Source of the DNA: a virus
Strand: one strand, 5' to 3'
Length of the DNA stretch: 59,915 nucleotides
IMG/VR virus record: IMGVR_UViG_3300025117_000028
Coordinates: 1 to 59,915 of that record
Shown piece after piece: positions 40,591 to 52,600 of the stretch. Every line of letters starts with the position of its first letter. The stretch's first letter is position 1. The position numbers were made by a program, and so were the translations under genes. Under the pieces are notes generated by a model, which did not search any database, had not been told where the DNA came from, and saw only the letters and a list, made by a program, of their open reading frames with translations.

Positions 40591-43227
40591 ATGCAAAAAG
40601 CAAAAGTTACGTTACAAATAACTGATACCAATTTAAATCCTATTCCCTATAGAAGGGTGACTTTTAATGCTTCAGATACAGATGATCTATCCTATAGTTT
40701 TTTAGAAGATGAAGTTCAGACCAATGAAAAAGGAGAAGTTAATACATATATAAAAGTAGATCAAGATGTTGGCTCTTTTGGTGGAGAATGTTTCTTATAT
40801 CAAGCCGGGGATACAACACGAGGTACAAATATAGAGACTAATCTGCAAGGAGAGTCGACTACAGATGCTAGAGACTACGATACTCTTTTAATTAATCGGA
40901 CAATTTCCGAATCTACAGATTTACCATTATTAGAAGTACATTCGGGTGATTCTTCAGGGTATAACTATAGAAGTAGACTAGGGGGACAAAAGAAACTTGT
41001 CACTTCTAAAGAACAAGAAAAACTAGAGAATGGAGGAATAGTAGTCTCTCAAGTGGCTATAGGAAAAGATACTGTTATTCAAGATTTTATAGGAGGAAGT
41101 ACTGATATCGTAAAAATGTCCCAGGAAATTCTAGCGATAGGCGAGACTAGAGCTGCTTTGTGGTATGTCGCCTGGAAAGATGGGACTAGTTATAAATCAT
41201 TCAGGCCTGGTTCTATATACTATATGACTAGTACAGATACTATGTATATGTCGGCGGGATTTGGACTATCGGGATTCGCTGCTTATTTACTTCCTTCAGA
41301 AACCTCTTCCCCAAGAAATGCATATTCAACAGAAGTAAGTAGTCAAACGACCGTTAGCATTACGGCAACAGAGCATCAGTTATATACAAGTGAATTGCTA
41401 GTTTTTTGTTATCGATATGCAACTGCTAGTGATCAATATGTAATGGCCGATATCGCTATACATAATACAACACTTGCTGTCACCTGTACCTTTGCTGAAG
41501 CTTTTACGGGAAAAATTTTAATAGTCCGTTCTCCGGATAAACAATCTGCTTACAGCGAGGGATATACTGCAAGCGCAACATCTGTTTCTATCCCTTATTC
41601 TTCTCATGGTTTTGGAGGATATTATATAGGAGCATTCTTATTAGAAGACGACGGGACAAGTAATATTATTGCATATCCCAATGAGGTGACAGCAACTCCT
41701 ACTGCTCCTGGTGAAACAAATTACAATATAACAATAGACCTAGGAGCACCAGCAGCTAATAATGGTACTGTTTTATTGATACCATTTCTAAAAGATACTA
41801 TTGACCTTCAAACTACCGTAAATTTAAATAAGTCTATTTACGAAATAGCCTCAGAAGTTACTGTTGGAGATTTTATATCCCAAAAATATGAGACTATGGT
41901 TGGTGATGTTAGTTTCCTCACAAAAACTCTTTGCGAGATTATAGGTATTTACGAAGATGCAGATAGCGAGACAATTGTTGTTGACGGTATTTTAACAGTA
42001 GGGAAATCTTTTAATGTTATTCGTAAAACAGAAACCAATACAATGCTGGTTTCTCCTGGTTCACAAAATATTTATCCGCGTTTTCCTTTAGTATTAAATC
42101 AAAGTTTTCAGGAAACTATTACGTGTGTTAAGGGGCTAACAACAGGACAATACTCTGTTTTAGGAGATACTATTACTGTTTATGGAGTTGACTATTCTTG
42201 GATCTCTAATATTCCAGATACTTATATTACATATGAAGGATCCGATTCTTATATAGTAGATATAACACGTACTTCTTATGACGGAACTAACACTTCCATT
42301 GTAACAACTCCTTTTCTATATTCTTCAACAACAAACGATGTAAAAATATGGTTAGGGAACTATAGGGAAACGTTAGAAAAATATATTTATCCTGTAGAAC
42401 CATACATCAATATTACTGCAGCAACCACTGAAGATTCTTTCTCTTCTAACCTTGTAGAACATAAAGTAAGAATTAAAAACAATCCCGTTTTATATGAGAA
42501 GGGGAATTATAAACCACAGAATATATATATAAAGTCTGGTTCTGACCAAATTATAGGAGAACAGTCTAGACATTTATATATTACTAGGAGTTCAGTCTCT
42601 AATGGCCAATATTTCGTACGATTTAAAGATTCTCCAAATATCTTAACAGGTGATGTCATTATACAAGGAGTAGATTCCTTTAAGGTTGTTTCAATTAGTG
42701 AATCTGACTATTTTGTTGATAAAGCAGGAGTTTTAGTTGGTTATGCTTTAGTTATTAGACCAATAGTCTTAGTGAATAAAAACTCTTCTTTTGACAGTTT
42801 TATCGAAACAACTATTGGTGGGCAAATTGTAAATCCATTATTTTTAGCTGACTCTATACGCATTGAAATCAGAAAAACAGTCGAAAAGCCAGAAGGAACA
42901 GAATTAATAATTAGAAGAGCAGATGACGTTGAGAAATACAATAGGCCATTGATTGTTTGTCCTGGAGATACTATTTCTCAAGGATCGACAATAGGTGTTA
43001 TACAAAGTGTATACTCTGAGCCAACAGATTCAATGGACAGAGTTAATTATAAAATAATGGTTAATGAAGGTTCTTTTGAAAGACGATATGCTTATTGTCA
43101 ACCAAGAAGTACTCGTATTGTATATGTTCCTCCATTGTTTGATGAAACAGGAGAAAAAGAAATCTTAATAAATAATAGTAAATATGGTTTAATATATCTT
43201 AGAGATATAATTACTTACAGAGATTAA
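40591..43227 (+). CDS. Large structural protein with N-terminal Ig-like (Big_1-type) strands
   Basis: 'VTLQITDTNLNPIPYRRVTF...QTNEKGEVNTYI'; GAGGA RBS before ATG 40591. Confidence 0.5.
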   Translation: MQKAKVTLQITDTNLNPIPYRRVTFNASDTDDLSYSFLEDEVQTNEKGEVNTYIKVDQDVGSFGGECFLYQAGDTTRGTNIETNLQGESTTDARDYDTLLINRTISESTDLPLLEVHSGDSSGYNYRSRLGGQKKLVTSKEQEKLENGGIVVSQVAIGKDTVIQDFIGGSTDIVKMSQEILAIGETRAALWYVAWKDGTSYKSFRPGSIYYMTSTDTMYMSAGFGLSGFAAYLLPSETSSPRNAYSTEVSSQTTVSITATEHQLYTSELLVFCYRYATASDQYVMADIAIHNTTLAVTCTFAEAFTGKILIVRSPDKQSAYSEGYTASATSVSIPYSSHGFGGYYIGAFLLEDDGTSNIIAYPNEVTATPTAPGETNYNITIDLGAPAANNGTVLLIPFLKDTIDLQTTVNLNKSIYEIASEVTVGDFISQKYETMVGDVSFLTKTLCEIIGIYEDADSETIVVDGILTVGKSFNVIRKTETNTMLVSPGSQNIYPRFPLVLNQSFQETITCVKGLTTGQYSVLGDTITVYGVDYSWISNIPDTYITYEGSDSYIVDITRTSYDGTNTSIVTTPFLYSSTTNDVKIWLGNYRETLEKYIYPVEPYINITAATTEDSFSSNLVEHKVRIKNNPVLYEKGNYKPQNIYIKSGSDQIIGEQSRHLYITRSSVSNGQYFVRFKDSPNILTGDVIIQGVDSFKVVSISESDYFVDKAGVLVGYALVIRPIVLVNKNSSFDSFIETTIGGQIVNPLFLADSIRIEIRKTVEKPEGTELIIRRADDVEKYNRPLIVCPGDTISQGSTIGVIQSVYSEPTDSMDRVNYKIMVNEGSFERRYAYCQPRSTRIVYVPPLFDETGEKEILINNSKYGLIYLRDIITYRD

Positions 43228-43228
43228 A

Positions 43229-46200
43229 ATGAATAAACAAGTATTGTTCTCTTGGTCTTCCGAAGGACTTATTCAAGCAAAAAACTATGATATCTGTATA
43301 AATACTCAAAATGAATTAGCAGATTTACAAGTTGGACAATCTGTACCAAGCAGCAGTACCCCAATTGGGTTACTAAGTATTCCAGAACTAAATCAATACA
43401 ATGGAGTCGAAGTTTACCCGTTAGCGAATTCTATTTTTGATAGCCGGTCGCTTAGGTACGAAACAGTCAACACTTCGAATGTTTTTTATTTTAAGTATAA
43501 AGATTTTTATTTGTCTCACTATTCTTCTACGGTTAACGGAATACAATACCCATTGTACTTTTTCCATGATCTATCCTCGTACTCTACAATAGTAGACGTT
43601 ACAGTCACAGACCTCAATGGTGCTGAGGTTGATAACCTCCATTACCATTTTAGTAGCTCAGAAGATGTTCATTCAGGAAGAAAAGGTGTTTATCATAATC
43701 TTAAAAACACCTTCGACCCAAATGGTTCCAGTATTTATCTAGTAACTTTTACTGACTCTGAAGGTGTACATCGTCAAGACCTATTAGAATCTAGTCCTAT
43801 TTTTACAGAGGGTGGTGCTGATCCATTCGGTTATTCTATAGTTGAATGTTATGACGATACAGATGCTCGCTCATATCAAGTAACGATTAATTATCCTAGC
43901 GGTAGTATCAGCGCGACCACACCCATTTGGTCTATCGCAGATGAGACTTCGGTAGCTCAACTAGAAAATTATTTCAACTATTCTGATAGGCCTTGGTATA
44001 TAGACATAGCAGATGGTTCTACTATCCATACGATAAAGAACAATGCCAACAGTCCTATCTTCGAAGCCGATGATAAATATTATTATATTAAATTAACAGA
44101 AGATAATTATACTCTACATGAGAATTGGACCGATGCTAATTTAACTGGTTGGTCTGCCGGAGGAACTCAGATACTAATCAATAATGAATATGTTGTAGAA
44201 ATAAGCGCCACAGCAATTAGTTATCATTTAGGTTCTATAGCTCCTGGAGAATATAACTGGTGGACAAATTTAAAAACTTCTAGTACTAATAACTATACAA
44301 TTACATTTTCTGATGGATCGGTTATATATGATGAAGTGACAGGATCAGCAATGACAGGTTGGACTGGGGTTGGACAACCTTTTAATATTGTAACTCCAAC
44401 TGTAGATTTGGTTTTAACACTTGAACAAGATGATCCTGCTGAAACAGTTCGATTTAAAACCTTTAAATTTACAAATTTATCTTTAGACAGCGAGTGTCGT
44501 AGTGGTCTAGGGACACTAGAAACCACCAATACTTTTCAAACAATAGACAGTTACGATATAGATAGCGCGACATTATATATTGAAGACGGAGTATTGTTCG
44601 TAGATGATACTCCTCCTGGGTCTGTTTATCCTTTGACGTTTTTATCAAATAAAAATGTTCCCATAAAAGTTACATATAATGGTGGTCTAAGAGTAACAAC
44701 TTCCGAGATAACCCAACGAGATACCGAAGTGTCTTTCACTCTTCCTGAAATTGTAGGCGAAGAAGCAACGGAAGAAGAAGAACTAGTTTATATAAACGAA
44801 CATTTATTATATTTTCCTCGTGGAATAATTAAAACCGATAGTACTATAGATGTCATAGTAAAAGATATTAATGGTGTTCCGGTCAGAGTCTTCACTACCA
44901 GTACTAGTAGTTACATAGAAAGATACGTCGACTATAAAGGTTATACATATGATATTAAAAAAGAACATAACCTTATAGAAAGCGTTTCAGAAACTACTGG
45001 CTTTATTTTACTGCAAGCTTCACTATTTCCTCGTAACCGGTATTATATCTCTTGTCATTATAATGCCGATAAAGTTCACTATACTGATATCAACTTTAAC
45101 AGTATTAGTAATCCTGGGATAGAAAATAAAAAAGTAGTTTTTTACATAAAGGGTTTACCAGATAGTGTAGTTGATTGGAGAGGTTCGCGCGCGATCGAAC
45201 ATATTGTTATAGACAGTCAAGGAAGAATTGAAACCGGGAGCGAAAAATATGGATTCTATGATCTTTTAACTCCAATTCATTTAGATCCCGCTCCTCTTTT
45301 TGGATATGTTTTAGATAGTTCTGTCACTTCAGATCAAGTTGATGCAATAGAGTTAGCTGGTTTTGTAAGGATAGAAACAATCAGTGGAGCATTTGATTGG
45401 ATGTCTTTTTCTGATATTTCCAATAAAATTGTTATCTTTAGTGGTGGGGTAACCCCCATCGATGGCGACTTATTAAGAATTATGATCCCCTCAGCTAATG
45501 CAGGTCGTACTAAATATGAAATGATAGAAGGAGAGTGCTATTCTGCTGCGGGGTTAGGACTAAATCAAATTTATGATCCAACCTTAGATTTTGGTTTTGA
45601 TTTTGCTGGTGGCCGCTATCTGGAATTTTATGATAGTCCTGGCGCCGGAGAAATTTATAAAATTGACAACTATGCAGTATCGAGCAACATCTTAACTCTA
45701 GAAGAAAACATTACTACACTTCCAGAATATTCCGAAACTAGTTATTCTATATCTAAAACCAAGTATCGTATATATATAACCTATGACGACTGGAAAGAAT
45801 TATATACCATTAAGAACCATAGAATAGGAAGTAGCTGGTTATTAGATAGTATAGAGACTAATCTTGTTATTCCAGACCCTAGTAGACTCAGAGGTGGAGA
45901 TGAACTATTTATCAATAGATATCCTATTATATTGCCTCCTGATTCGGCGACATGTATACCTCCTTATACTACTTTAGAAATAGACTTCACGGGTTATACG
46001 TGTCCAATTTCAGATCCTTCTGCCATTCTAGACAAAATAGAATTAAAATTAAATATAGAAACAACAGAAGATGGGGTTACTACTGATAAAGATTATATTG
46101 CTACCTGTAGTGTTTGGAGTATAGTAGCGCCAGTTCATACTCTTACAATAGCCTTTTCTTATACAGGAACATTAAACACTATCAATAGTATCGAAGTGCG

Positions 46201-46945
46201 CTATAAAGATTTTCCTACGTCTTGTGTTTTCGATCTCGGGACAAGCGGAACCTCAGCTCGAATATATACTACTAGTCATTATGATGCTTGTGATGGTTGT
46301 CATCTTACTCTAAATCAAATGCCCTATGCTGAGTTGGGTAGTGTCGTTGTTGCATCTCCGTATGTTTCTACAGATATTTCTGTTAAAGATTCAAGACGGA
46401 GAGGAGGAGGGATTAACGCTTCTACTTTCAAAAAGTTCTCAGAACGTCAACAAGATGTTTATGATTTTTGGGACTATAAACCATGGGATGGAATCAACTT
46501 CCCAGCAGGTGGAGCTTGCTACATAGAGTTGCCTATAGATCTTTTAGACGATTATACAAGTGATGAAATAGAAGCAAAAGTACAAACTTATATGCCTTTA
46601 GGTGGATATCCTGTCGTAAAATATTATGACGAATATACTCCTATCGTTAGACAAATGAATTTTACTAATCGCAAAATGCTCATAAAGTGGATTTGTAAAC
46701 CACTCCATAGAATTGATGTTTATTTATCTACTGATTCAACTGTTCTCGAAAATCTTGACTCTGACTATTTAGTAGAACAACTTGGAGGGTATGCCGATTC
46801 GCAGCCTATCAATTCTGTATATCTTGAAAACTTAACAGTGGATGATATTTATTATTTAAGACTAGTTCCATTTATCATATATAATAATGAAGTAACACAA
46901 AGAACACCTTCGCGCATTTATAAAATAAGTTCAAGGATAGAATAA
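43229..46945 (+). CDS. Large baseplate/structural protein with CBM-like insert and FN3-like C-terminus
   Basis: Jelly-roll-like 'APGEYNWW..GWTGVG..VRFKTFKF'; 'DSRRRGGG..WDG..EIEAKVQTYMPLG' region; FN3-like 'MLIKW..LENLTVDDIYYLRLVP'. Confidence 0.45.
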   Translation: MNKQVLFSWSSEGLIQAKNYDICINTQNELADLQVGQSVPSSSTPIGLLSIPELNQYNGVEVYPLANSIFDSRSLRYETVNTSNVFYFKYKDFYLSHYSSTVNGIQYPLYFFHDLSSYSTIVDVTVTDLNGAEVDNLHYHFSSSEDVHSGRKGVYHNLKNTFDPNGSSIYLVTFTDSEGVHRQDLLESSPIFTEGGADPFGYSIVECYDDTDARSYQVTINYPSGSISATTPIWSIADETSVAQLENYFNYSDRPWYIDIADGSTIHTIKNNANSPIFEADDKYYYIKLTEDNYTLHENWTDANLTGWSAGGTQILINNEYVVEISATAISYHLGSIAPGEYNWWTNLKTSSTNNYTITFSDGSVIYDEVTGSAMTGWTGVGQPFNIVTPTVDLVLTLEQDDPAETVRFKTFKFTNLSLDSECRSGLGTLETTNTFQTIDSYDIDSATLYIEDGVLFVDDTPPGSVYPLTFLSNKNVPIKVTYNGGLRVTTSEITQRDTEVSFTLPEIVGEEATEEEELVYINEHLLYFPRGIIKTDSTIDVIVKDINGVPVRVFTTSTSSYIERYVDYKGYTYDIKKEHNLIESVSETTGFILLQASLFPRNRYYISCHYNADKVHYTDINFNSISNPGIENKKVVFYIKGLPDSVVDWRGSRAIEHIVIDSQGRIETGSEKYGFYDLLTPIHLDPAPLFGYVLDSSVTSDQVDAIELAGFVRIETISGAFDWMSFSDISNKIVIFSGGVTPIDGDLLRIMIPSANAGRTKYEMIEGECYSAAGLGLNQIYDPTLDFGFDFAGGRYLEFYDSPGAGEIYKIDNYAVSSNILTLEENITTLPEYSETSYSISKTKYRIYITYDDWKELYTIKNHRIGSSWLLDSIETNLVIPDPSRLRGGDELFINRYPIILPPDSATCIPPYTTLEIDFTGYTCPISDPSAILDKIELKLNIETTEDGVTTDKDYIATCSVWSIVAPVHTLTIAFSYTGTLNTINSIEVRYKDFPTSCVFDLGTSGTSARIYTTSHYDACDGCHLTLNQMPYAELGSVVVASPYVSTDISVKDSRRRGGGINASTFKKFSERQQDVYDFWDYKPWDGINFPAGGACYIELPIDLLDDYTSDEIEAKVQTYMPLGGYPVVKYYDEYTPIVRQMNFTNRKMLIKWICKPLHRIDVYLSTDSTVLENLDSDYLVEQLGGYADSQPINSVYLENLTVDDIYYLRLVPFIIYNNEVTQRTPSRIYKISSRIE

Positions 46946-47709
46946 TGGCTTCTTATAGTTTAGACATAAACGTGAATAGCAATGACGTACTCAACACTGA
47001 TATTGCAGTTCTTATCGATAAGCACGTTGAATTTGGCTCGGAATCAGATCTGGCAACTATTGTTTTAAGCCATAACTATCCTTATGGAATAAATAATGTT
47101 AAGTTGTTTTTATCTCCGGTAGATAATGCTTCATATATAGGCGATACAGAGGCCGGGCTTGATTTACGTCAATTATTAGAGTTGGGTTCTAATTATCCTA
47201 ATCATGGTTTAACTCTATATCAAACTTATACTGCTACTGGTTATTTTTCAGAAGCACAAGATAAAACGTCTCAAACTCAAAGTGATCTAAACCGTTATGA
47301 ACCCTTGGATATATTCGCGAACCAAATATTAGAAATCGTTAGCGAAACACCTAATGAAGGTCAAAAAAAGATAATAGAATCATATGATTGGCAAACAAAA
47401 ACTTTTACCTTTAGAGCACCCAGTTATTTATATGAATTCCCTTACCACTTTGGAAGTGGAGCAGGGACATATGACGAGTATCAAATTGAAATAAGTCAAA
47501 CCGATTATTTTACTTTGTCTAATGGGAGTTCTATTTGGCAACCCATTAGTCTTTTACACGGAGGCGGAACAATATTATCTGAAGATACAGTAACCTTACA
47601 GTTAAGTATTAAACTTCCGTCTCATGCTCAAAAATTTCTTTCTAATACTTTTATGCAATACTTTGTTTTAAATGTAACCTATAATGAGTTGGCCGGAGAT
47701 TTAACATGA
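46945..47709 (+). CDS. Hypothetical structural protein
   Basis: Translationally coupled on both sides; beta-rich; no recognised motif. Confidence 0.45.
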   Translation: MASYSLDINVNSNDVLNTDIAVLIDKHVEFGSESDLATIVLSHNYPYGINNVKLFLSPVDNASYIGDTEAGLDLRQLLELGSNYPNHGLTLYQTYTATGYFSEAQDKTSQTQSDLNRYEPLDIFANQILEIVSETPNEGQKKIIESYDWQTKTFTFRAPSYLYEFPYHFGSGAGTYDEYQIEISQTDYFTLSNGSSIWQPISLLHGGGTILSEDTVTLQLSIKLPSHAQKFLSNTFMQYFVLNVTYNELAGDLT

Positions 47710-49661
47710 ACTATTTAGAATTAAATCCCACAGAATTAAAAACCATCAAAGGTCAACTTGCTTCAGAGATTCAAAAAGAACTAGAAGCGCAGGGTATTAC
47801 AAGTCGACTCGAAATGGTGACTGCCTTACGGAAACGACTATCTGAAGATACCACAAGCTACTCTCCTTTACTTAAAATTATACCGGCGGTAGAGGGGGAA
47901 GTCATTGATTCGGAATCATTCAACCTAATGATGAGAGCTATTATTAAAGAATTAGAAGGTTTATTTGTTTGGTCGGCAACTTTAGATAAATTATTATTTG
48001 TTGAAAAAGATGTTTATGCCCAAGAAGTACAAAAGGTAAAAAGCCAACTTATATCTATTCAAGAAGAGATTGACCGATTATCATATATCTCCCAAAACAC
48101 AGATGGATATGGAGATGCTCTACATTATACTTTTGATGGTAATAGTTTTGCTTCAGAAAGTGATATTTCATACCGTGACACCGTTAAAGGATTATTATTG
48201 AATAGAAACTTTTCTGGACCTAATCGACCTCCTATATATATCATAGATACTAGTCTTTCGAGTTTACTGAACAGAGAGTCAACTTGGGGACAAGCAAATG
48301 TGAATAACAATACTGCTTTAATCAATGGAGCAACTTTAGTCCTGGTCCTTAAATATAATTCTTCTGTTGATATTAACTATTTGTTAATCGAAACTAACGC
48401 AATCATTTCTAAAGTTGAGACATATAATGAAAACGTCTTTACAGAACTCGATACTAATATTATAGATAACAAATATGTATATTTTGACGCAATTAATACA
48501 AAGCAAATTAGAGTTACATTAGTTCAACAAAGTCTTACAAATAATATTTATAACTTTACAACAACCAAGATTGAACCTAAGTATCTTGTTTATAAAAAAA
48601 CAGATAATAAGTTTGTTGGTAGTTCTAAAACTACTGAGAATGGAGTTGGAAAAATTGCGTTTCAATCTACTGAGACTCATATCTATGAGCCAAGACTAGA
48701 TCTATTAGATCCTATTAATGAAAAAAGCAGTTCCTTTGTTTATTCACTCTCTTTAAAAAGAAAAAATGGATCAGAAGATATAAAAGTGTTACCAATTAAT
48801 ACAACCGTAATAGAGAGAGAAAAACTAACTATTAGTTCAAACGACACTAGTAGTACGGCCATTCTAAATCACAGAGTCCATAGTTCTATCAGGTATATTC
48901 TAGATGGGACTATTACGGTTGCCGATAATACAGCGATAACCGGAACAACATTATCTTTCGGTTTAGATGGGATAACAGATACGCTTACTGTCGGGACCGA
49001 GTTTGCGGCTGGCGCCACTACAGACGATACAGCAACAAATCTAGCTGCCTATTTAAACACGGCTTACCCTAGTTTAACCGCTTCCCCTAGCACTGATATA
49101 GTTACAGTGTCTGCGTCTTCAGATCATTATATTACCGATATAGACACTTCTAGTACTACGAATTGGACCATTACTGCAACTGAATGTTATTCGTTAGAAG
49201 AAGCTGATGTTAAAATCTACCAAAACAACATAGAACTATTAAGAGGAAGAGATTGGGAATTTTATTACGAATATTCTGAGGCACATCCTTTACATATCTC
49301 AACAACTAGCAATGATGCGACAAGTGGTAAAACTACAATTAGTCTTTTAAGTTATAATAATTCGAATATATATAGTGCCGATTATATTCCTGTCTTTATT
49401 GTAGAAGAGTCCAATAACTTCTACTATACCAATGGAGGATACTTTGAAGAAGAAGAAGAAGGCGCTTCGGATCATAGTATAATAGTATTGCCAGATTGCA
49501 GTCTAGAATTTTTAACTGAAGAGAAACAGGCAGTAGAAAATTTTTGTGTTAAGATAGATATACATTCTCATAGTGCCGATAATCTTAAAAGTCCTCTTAT
49601 TACTGATTTAATTGTTCCATTTGCAGAACCTAACAGTTCCAAATTCTTGGAGATTCCATGA
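47706..49661 (+). CDS. Coiled-coil + beta-sandwich structural protein (paralogue 1)
   Basis: 'EGEVIDSESFN..IIKELEGLF' followed by heptad repeats; discoidin-like 'YVYFDAINTKQIRVTLVQ'. Confidence 0.5.
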   Translation: MNYLELNPTELKTIKGQLASEIQKELEAQGITSRLEMVTALRKRLSEDTTSYSPLLKIIPAVEGEVIDSESFNLMMRAIIKELEGLFVWSATLDKLLFVEKDVYAQEVQKVKSQLISIQEEIDRLSYISQNTDGYGDALHYTFDGNSFASESDISYRDTVKGLLLNRNFSGPNRPPIYIIDTSLSSLLNRESTWGQANVNNNTALINGATLVLVLKYNSSVDINYLLIETNAIISKVETYNENVFTELDTNIIDNKYVYFDAINTKQIRVTLVQQSLTNNIYNFTTTKIEPKYLVYKKTDNKFVGSSKTTENGVGKIAFQSTETHIYEPRLDLLDPINEKSSSFVYSLSLKRKNGSEDIKVLPINTTVIEREKLTISSNDTSSTAILNHRVHSSIRYILDGTITVADNTAITGTTLSFGLDGITDTLTVGTEFAAGATTDDTATNLAAYLNTAYPSLTASPSTDIVTVSASSDHYITDIDTSSTTNWTITATECYSLEEADVKIYQNNIELLRGRDWEFYYEYSEAHPLHISTTSNDATSGKTTISLLSYNNSNIYSADYIPVFIVEESNNFYYTNGGYFEEEEEGASDHSIIVLPDCSLEFLTEEKQAVENFCVKIDIHSHSADNLKSPLITDLIVPFAEPNSSKFLEIP

Positions 49662-52600
49662 CAGAAATCTATAATGACATTTTAGATAAGGTAACTGCCT
49701 CTATACAAGAGCGTATTACCGAATATGCAGAACAGGGTAATGAAACTCAAATGAATTATGTCTTTAATTCTCAATTGGAAAGGATTAAAAGATTTGAGCC
49801 GTTTACAGATTTCATAGAGCTAAAAGAATGTGACGATCCTTCTATAGAAGAATATAATAATCTTTTTAATGATTTATATGCGGATTTTTCTGGGTTAAGA
49901 AATGGGCTAACAGTTACTCAAGAAGTATTAGAAAATAATTTTAATACAATGGTAGGTAATGTAAACGCGACCAAAAACCTAATGAAAGAACTTTATTCTT
50001 TATTGGGAGATCTCAAGATTTATAGTTATGACAGAAGTGCAGCATTATATTTTTCTGATAGTTTTGTAAACAATACTTATATAGACAACTCTTCGGAAAT
50101 GTTAAGCGGGAATAAAGCATTACATTTATTTCCTCAAGAAGGTATTGTCACGTTACCTATAGTAGAGACTGAAGATAGTAAAGTCAATGTTAGCCAAATC
50201 ATAGTTACTAAAGATAGTAATGGAAGCAAAGGCAACAACCAAGAAATAAAGAATGGAGTAAAGACACCCTATAACAGAAATGAATTAAGTATTGCAGATT
50301 CAAATCCAGATACTATTTTTGAATATGAAAGTTTTGATAACTCATCGGTCTTAGTTTTAGACTTAGTTTTAGTATTAACAGAACCAACTGTTATTAACAA
50401 TATCGTGATTGATCCGGTTTATTTTACAGACGCAAATAGACCGGAAATAGAAACGATAGAAACTTCATTAGACGGGAAAACATATTATCATATTTTTAAA
50501 GAATATTTTGACAAGAATGAATCTTTATTGGCCGCAAATTCTTTAATGCGGTTAGAACCAGGAGCTTCAAAAGGAGATGGAACTTTCTCGTATTTGTTCA
50601 GTCCAAGACTTAGTAAGTTTGTACATATTAGACTCAAAGAAAATAATACTTATTTTATTGGAGTCGGAAGTGGTTCGTCTAAGTTACGCAAGGCAATAGG
50701 ATTGAGAGAGATTTATGTTAAATCTTGGACATTTGATGATAAAGGAATTTTAGTCTCAAAATCTTGGGATACAAAATATCCTATTAGAAAAGTCGGTTTA
50801 TTGTGTACAACCGAAGGAGATCAAGGTAATCTTATTCAACATCAAGTGTCTTTAGACAATGGACAAACATGGTTAGACCTAAATCCATTAGACAGAGAAG
50901 ATGTTAAAGTCCAAGAAATCATAAGCATTAATACCGGAGATAGTAACGAAATTAAATTAGACAAAGATATTTTCAGTATTCGCTATAAAGCAATTATGAA
51001 GAAGTCTTTAGAAAGCTTCAGAGAAAACGGATATTTCGCACTATACCTAACCTCCATGTTGCAAATAGACCGAATAAAATTAAGCGAGAAACAAGCAGTC
51101 CTGGACTTATCATATACTCCTCTACAAGGAAAGATTTCTTCTTTCTTAACGACCGGTAGAATTGGTATTCCCGCTTCTCTATTTAAAAAGGATAATCTTC
51201 TCGAATCTTTTAATGCGCCGTTACCTTCAGACCCTTTTAAAAATGTTAAAGCTTGGGCAGACGAAGATCAAACTAGTCCAAAGCTTCAATTAACACTTCC
51301 AAATGAAATAAAGTTAGATGCAAAGCGTAATTATTTATGGGATTTATTTGTCGGTTATTACCATAATGGGAATCTAGTTGAATGTGTAAGTTTGCCACAT
51401 TTCCCTCAACCCGTTAATGAAACATTGAGTTATAGTGGAGCGGGAGAAACTTTTCATTTAATAGAAGGAACAGAAATTTCTTCTACAGAACCTGGATCTT
51501 TTTGGATGAGCAACTTCCAAACTTCTGGGTCTTTAGAGGGGTTTTACCAAGTATATTCAACTTTTAAAATTTTATCAACTATAGACCTAGAAAGAATAGT
51601 TAACAAAATACCTCAAATAGATTTATATATGGGTACAAATAAATATAAGTTTTTACATGTTATTGATTCAAATAGAAGTAGATATGCCCTATTTGGTTTA
51701 CAGAGCGCAACTATTACATTAACAAACAATAACATAGACGGAATGCAATGTAATATCTATGTGAATAGAGAATCAACTACCTTGACAGAAGGAGTCGACT
51801 GGACTAAAGGAGCAGATGTAAATGCTTCGGCAACACTTTTAGCTGCAGAAATTCAATCGGCGATACCAGAAATAACAGCTATAGCTGTTTTAAATGTGAT
51901 TACGCTTACTACTTCAGGATCAGACTGGATTAATGCTATTCGTAGACTGGCTAATACCTATTGGACAAATACATTCACGACAGATTTTGTCAGTACAATT
52001 CCAACATATTATTATAAATATGTTAACCAACACAGTTTCAGTAAAAATAACGTTTCCGTGACATCAACAACTCCTTCAAATACTACTTGGAGTCTTAGCA
52101 AGACTACTCCTCAATATATATTATTTGATCAAAGTGTGACTGCTTTTAGCGCAACCTTTACTCCAATGTGCAATAGATACAGAGTAACGAAACCAAATAT
52201 ACTAAAATTATATTTAGACAGTGAAACCTCTCAAGAAGATATTTTTGTTAGACAGTTCAATACAAGTAATTCTTCTGACCTTGTTTCTAGATTCCAAAAA
52301 TTAGGGAATGTGAAAGGAGGATTAGCTCCTACTGGACAACTACTTGCCGGAGAAAAAGTAAGTGTTAACCAAGAAGATATAAATGGAACCTCATATGATG
52401 TAATAAGCCTTAACTATCCTTCAGACGGAGATTTGAGTTCTCTATATATCTTGGATATAGGATTTCCAGCTAATCATTCACAGACAATAAACATAGATGG
52501 TGAAATCGCATTAGACAAGCAATTCATTAAAGTTAATAGTATAACTGGGTTAAATAAAACATACTTTGTCGAAGAAGTTTTCTCTAGAGATTTAGTTACG

